64,000 nucleotides of DNA from Takakia lepidozioides (taxonomy: Eukaryota > Plantae > Bryophyta). Made by a program: the position numbers and the translations under genes. Location: assembly GCA_030704615.1 (NCBI GenBank), contig CM060731.1:18600001-18664000 (forward strand), in the 5' to 3' direction. The notes below the pieces were generated by a model. The model did not search any database, had not been told where the DNA came from, and saw only the letters and a program-made list of their open reading frames with translations. This document shows positions 61,941-64,000 of the stretch, piece after piece (position 1 is the first letter of the stretch; each line of letters opens with the position of its first letter).

Positions 61941-64000
61941 ATGAGTGATGAAAGAGAAGCTAGACGACAAGATATTCATCAAAAAGAGAAAGCTATCTGA
62001 AAGCTAATTATCCATATCTTTGGGAGAGAGGAATAGACATAGGGGAATCATCTGGACCTCTCACACCATCAAGATCAAAAAGTGCATCACCTATACCGGA
62101 AGAACTAGAGTTGGATGCCACTCCTTCTGTTTCTTTGCAAGAAAGATTAAGGGAATTGGTACAGGAAGAAGATCAATCACGAGGTGAAAGATCTGAGGTA
62201 CATCCTTGGATAAAAGACTTGACAGAAATCTTTGATAAGAGTTGGCATGGAACACCAAAAGCAGGAACTCCAGTTTCTGAAGCAGAAGATGAAGAAGGAG
62301 ATGAGGATGTGGCAGAGCCAACGGAGAGTTCAGACTCTCCAACACCATTACAGTTGAGTTACATGAGTGAAGAAGAAACCCAAGGGCAGAACTTGGAGGA
62401 TGAAAACAGAGAGAAGAAATTGGAAGAGGAAGAATATGAAGAAGTAGACCCAACAGCTGAGGTTGAGACTACAACCAGGACATCCCAACCCGTTGGACCT
62501 GGATCAAGTGGAGCACTTGGATCACAGGCCAACGAAGGTGTCGGCTCAGGGGGATCAGGCGGGCTGCCTGGATCTGGCTCTGGGGGGACAGGGAGTGTGG
62601 GAAGTAGTGCAACTGAAGCTGGGAATACTGTGAATATCGTGGGGCCAGAAGCAGGGAGTGCTCAAGGGCCACCACTTGGTGGAAGATCCACCACAAAAAC
62701 AACAGGTCCAGAAGGACCAGCACCAGCAAGGGTGCCAGCACCTGTCAGTGGGCAGAAGGTAGGGCCACAGATGGCGTTACAACCAACACGGGCAAAACCA
62801 CCCTTTCCAATATATTCAGGAAAAGGGGATCCCGATGTACACATTAGCCAATTTGAGCACATGTGTATAGTGAACAATGAGAATGGCGATGATGCCAAGA
62901 TGAGACTGTTTCCTTGTTCACTTATCAAGAAAGCAAGTGAATGGTATGCAAGATTCCCTGATAATCATTTCCTAACCTGGAATGGCTTGAATACAGCATT
63001 TCGAAATAGGTTCAGGACAAGTAAAACTGAGGATGAAGTGTATGGAAGTTTACAACAGCTGAAGCAGAAGAAGCATGAAACTGTTGAAGAGTATATGGAG
63101 AAGATGGAATTGATGATGAAAAAGCTGGCTGCAGTACCAGCACCCGGTTTACAGAAGACTTGGTTTGTGAGTGGACTAAGACCAGAGTTGCAGAAGAAAG
63201 TGGATATGTTACCCCATAATACAGTGGAGGAGGCATTTGAAACTGCAAACAGAATTGAGCAATTGGGAATGCTCAGGAGAGAGAAAAAGGAAGATGAGGA
63301 CTCTGAAGATGAGTCAGATGAAGAAGAAGAGCAAGAACTAAAAAGAAAGAGTAAGAGAAAGGAAAAGTTGAAGAGGGATAACTATGAGAAAAGATTGGAA
63401 GAAATCTTGAAGAAGTATGCCACAGAGGCTGCAACACATTGGAGGAAGGGTGTATGGTGTGCAAAGTGCCAGAATGAAGGCCATACCACTACAGAATGCC
63501 ACATGAAGGAGAAACACTGTACTATCTGTAAAATGGATAACCATTCTACTGAGAATTGTTACTACAACAGAAAGGACAGCTGCAAGAGAACCTAGGCAAG
63601 TAGGGTGCATCAGGTGCAGCCCCAGCCAAGAAGAAATAATGATCAGGACCACTATGGTAGGTCTGGTGGTTATAACAATGGCATGGAAGGGAGAGGTAAT
63701 TCAAGAGGGAATTACCAAGGAAATTCCAGAGGCAACTATCAGGGTAATCCAAGGGGGAATTACCAGCCCGGGAATCAGGATTATAGAAATAATCCAAGAC
63801 CAGACCAAGGGCGAGGACCCAATGGTGAAGAGCTATGTTACTATTGTAATCAGCCAGGACATCGCAAGGCAGCCTGTTCATTCTGGATAAGACACCAGAA
63901 TGAGATGAGAGCTCCTGTGAATGAGGGCCCAGTGGTGGCAGCTCACATGGTTAGGCCATGTGTTGTACCAGAAGTAAGTACAATGATAGTAACAAGAAGT
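61941..64000 (+). pseudogene. Element F gag
   Basis: Acidic/Gly-rich N-terminus, capsid-like YSGKGDPDVHISQF...LKQKKHETVEEY, three CCHC knuckles. Frameshifts near 61980 and 63575-63605. Confidence 0.9.

Larger units (their letters stand above)
60265..64000 (+). mobile_element. Ty3/gypsy element F, sister of E, 5' part, truncated by the window edge
   Basis: LTR ~60265-61334, PBS 61337-61354, 5' ORF and gag, all nearly identical to E in reverse complement. Confidence 0.93.

Overview
Eukaryotic, transposon-dense DNA with no intact host gene. PLS-class PPR and OSB fragments, an iMet-primed chromovirus and telo-boxes point to a land plant, plausibly a non-seed plant (inference). The window is a stack of nested mobile elements. 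(1) A spliced, decayed gene with a ParB/sulfiredoxin-like DGNHR motif (975-3579) is cut by a CACTA element starting at 3580. (2) A second, complete 18.9-kb CACTA (4423-23347, AGT target duplication) carries OSB-PDF/PPR gene fragments and a rearranged 12.7-kb Galadriel-like chromovirus complex (4917-17615, CATAG duplication). (3) A diverged inverted structure with two LINE 3' fragments is split by a full-length hAT (27912-33556, GTATAAAC duplication). (4) A Ty3/gypsy nest runs from 36761 to the end: copy C contains element D, which contains the complete 13.3-kb element E (46403-59704, ATCAG duplication) and its sister F in opposite orientation. The C/E/F family has a tRNA-Arg-type PBS, an ORF that starts inside the LTR, a ~1255-codon extra ORF after integrase and ~10-bp-phased CACAGCC arrays. 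Many frameshifts sit in homopolymers and may be consensus errors. All family assignments are from motif recognition, not database searches.
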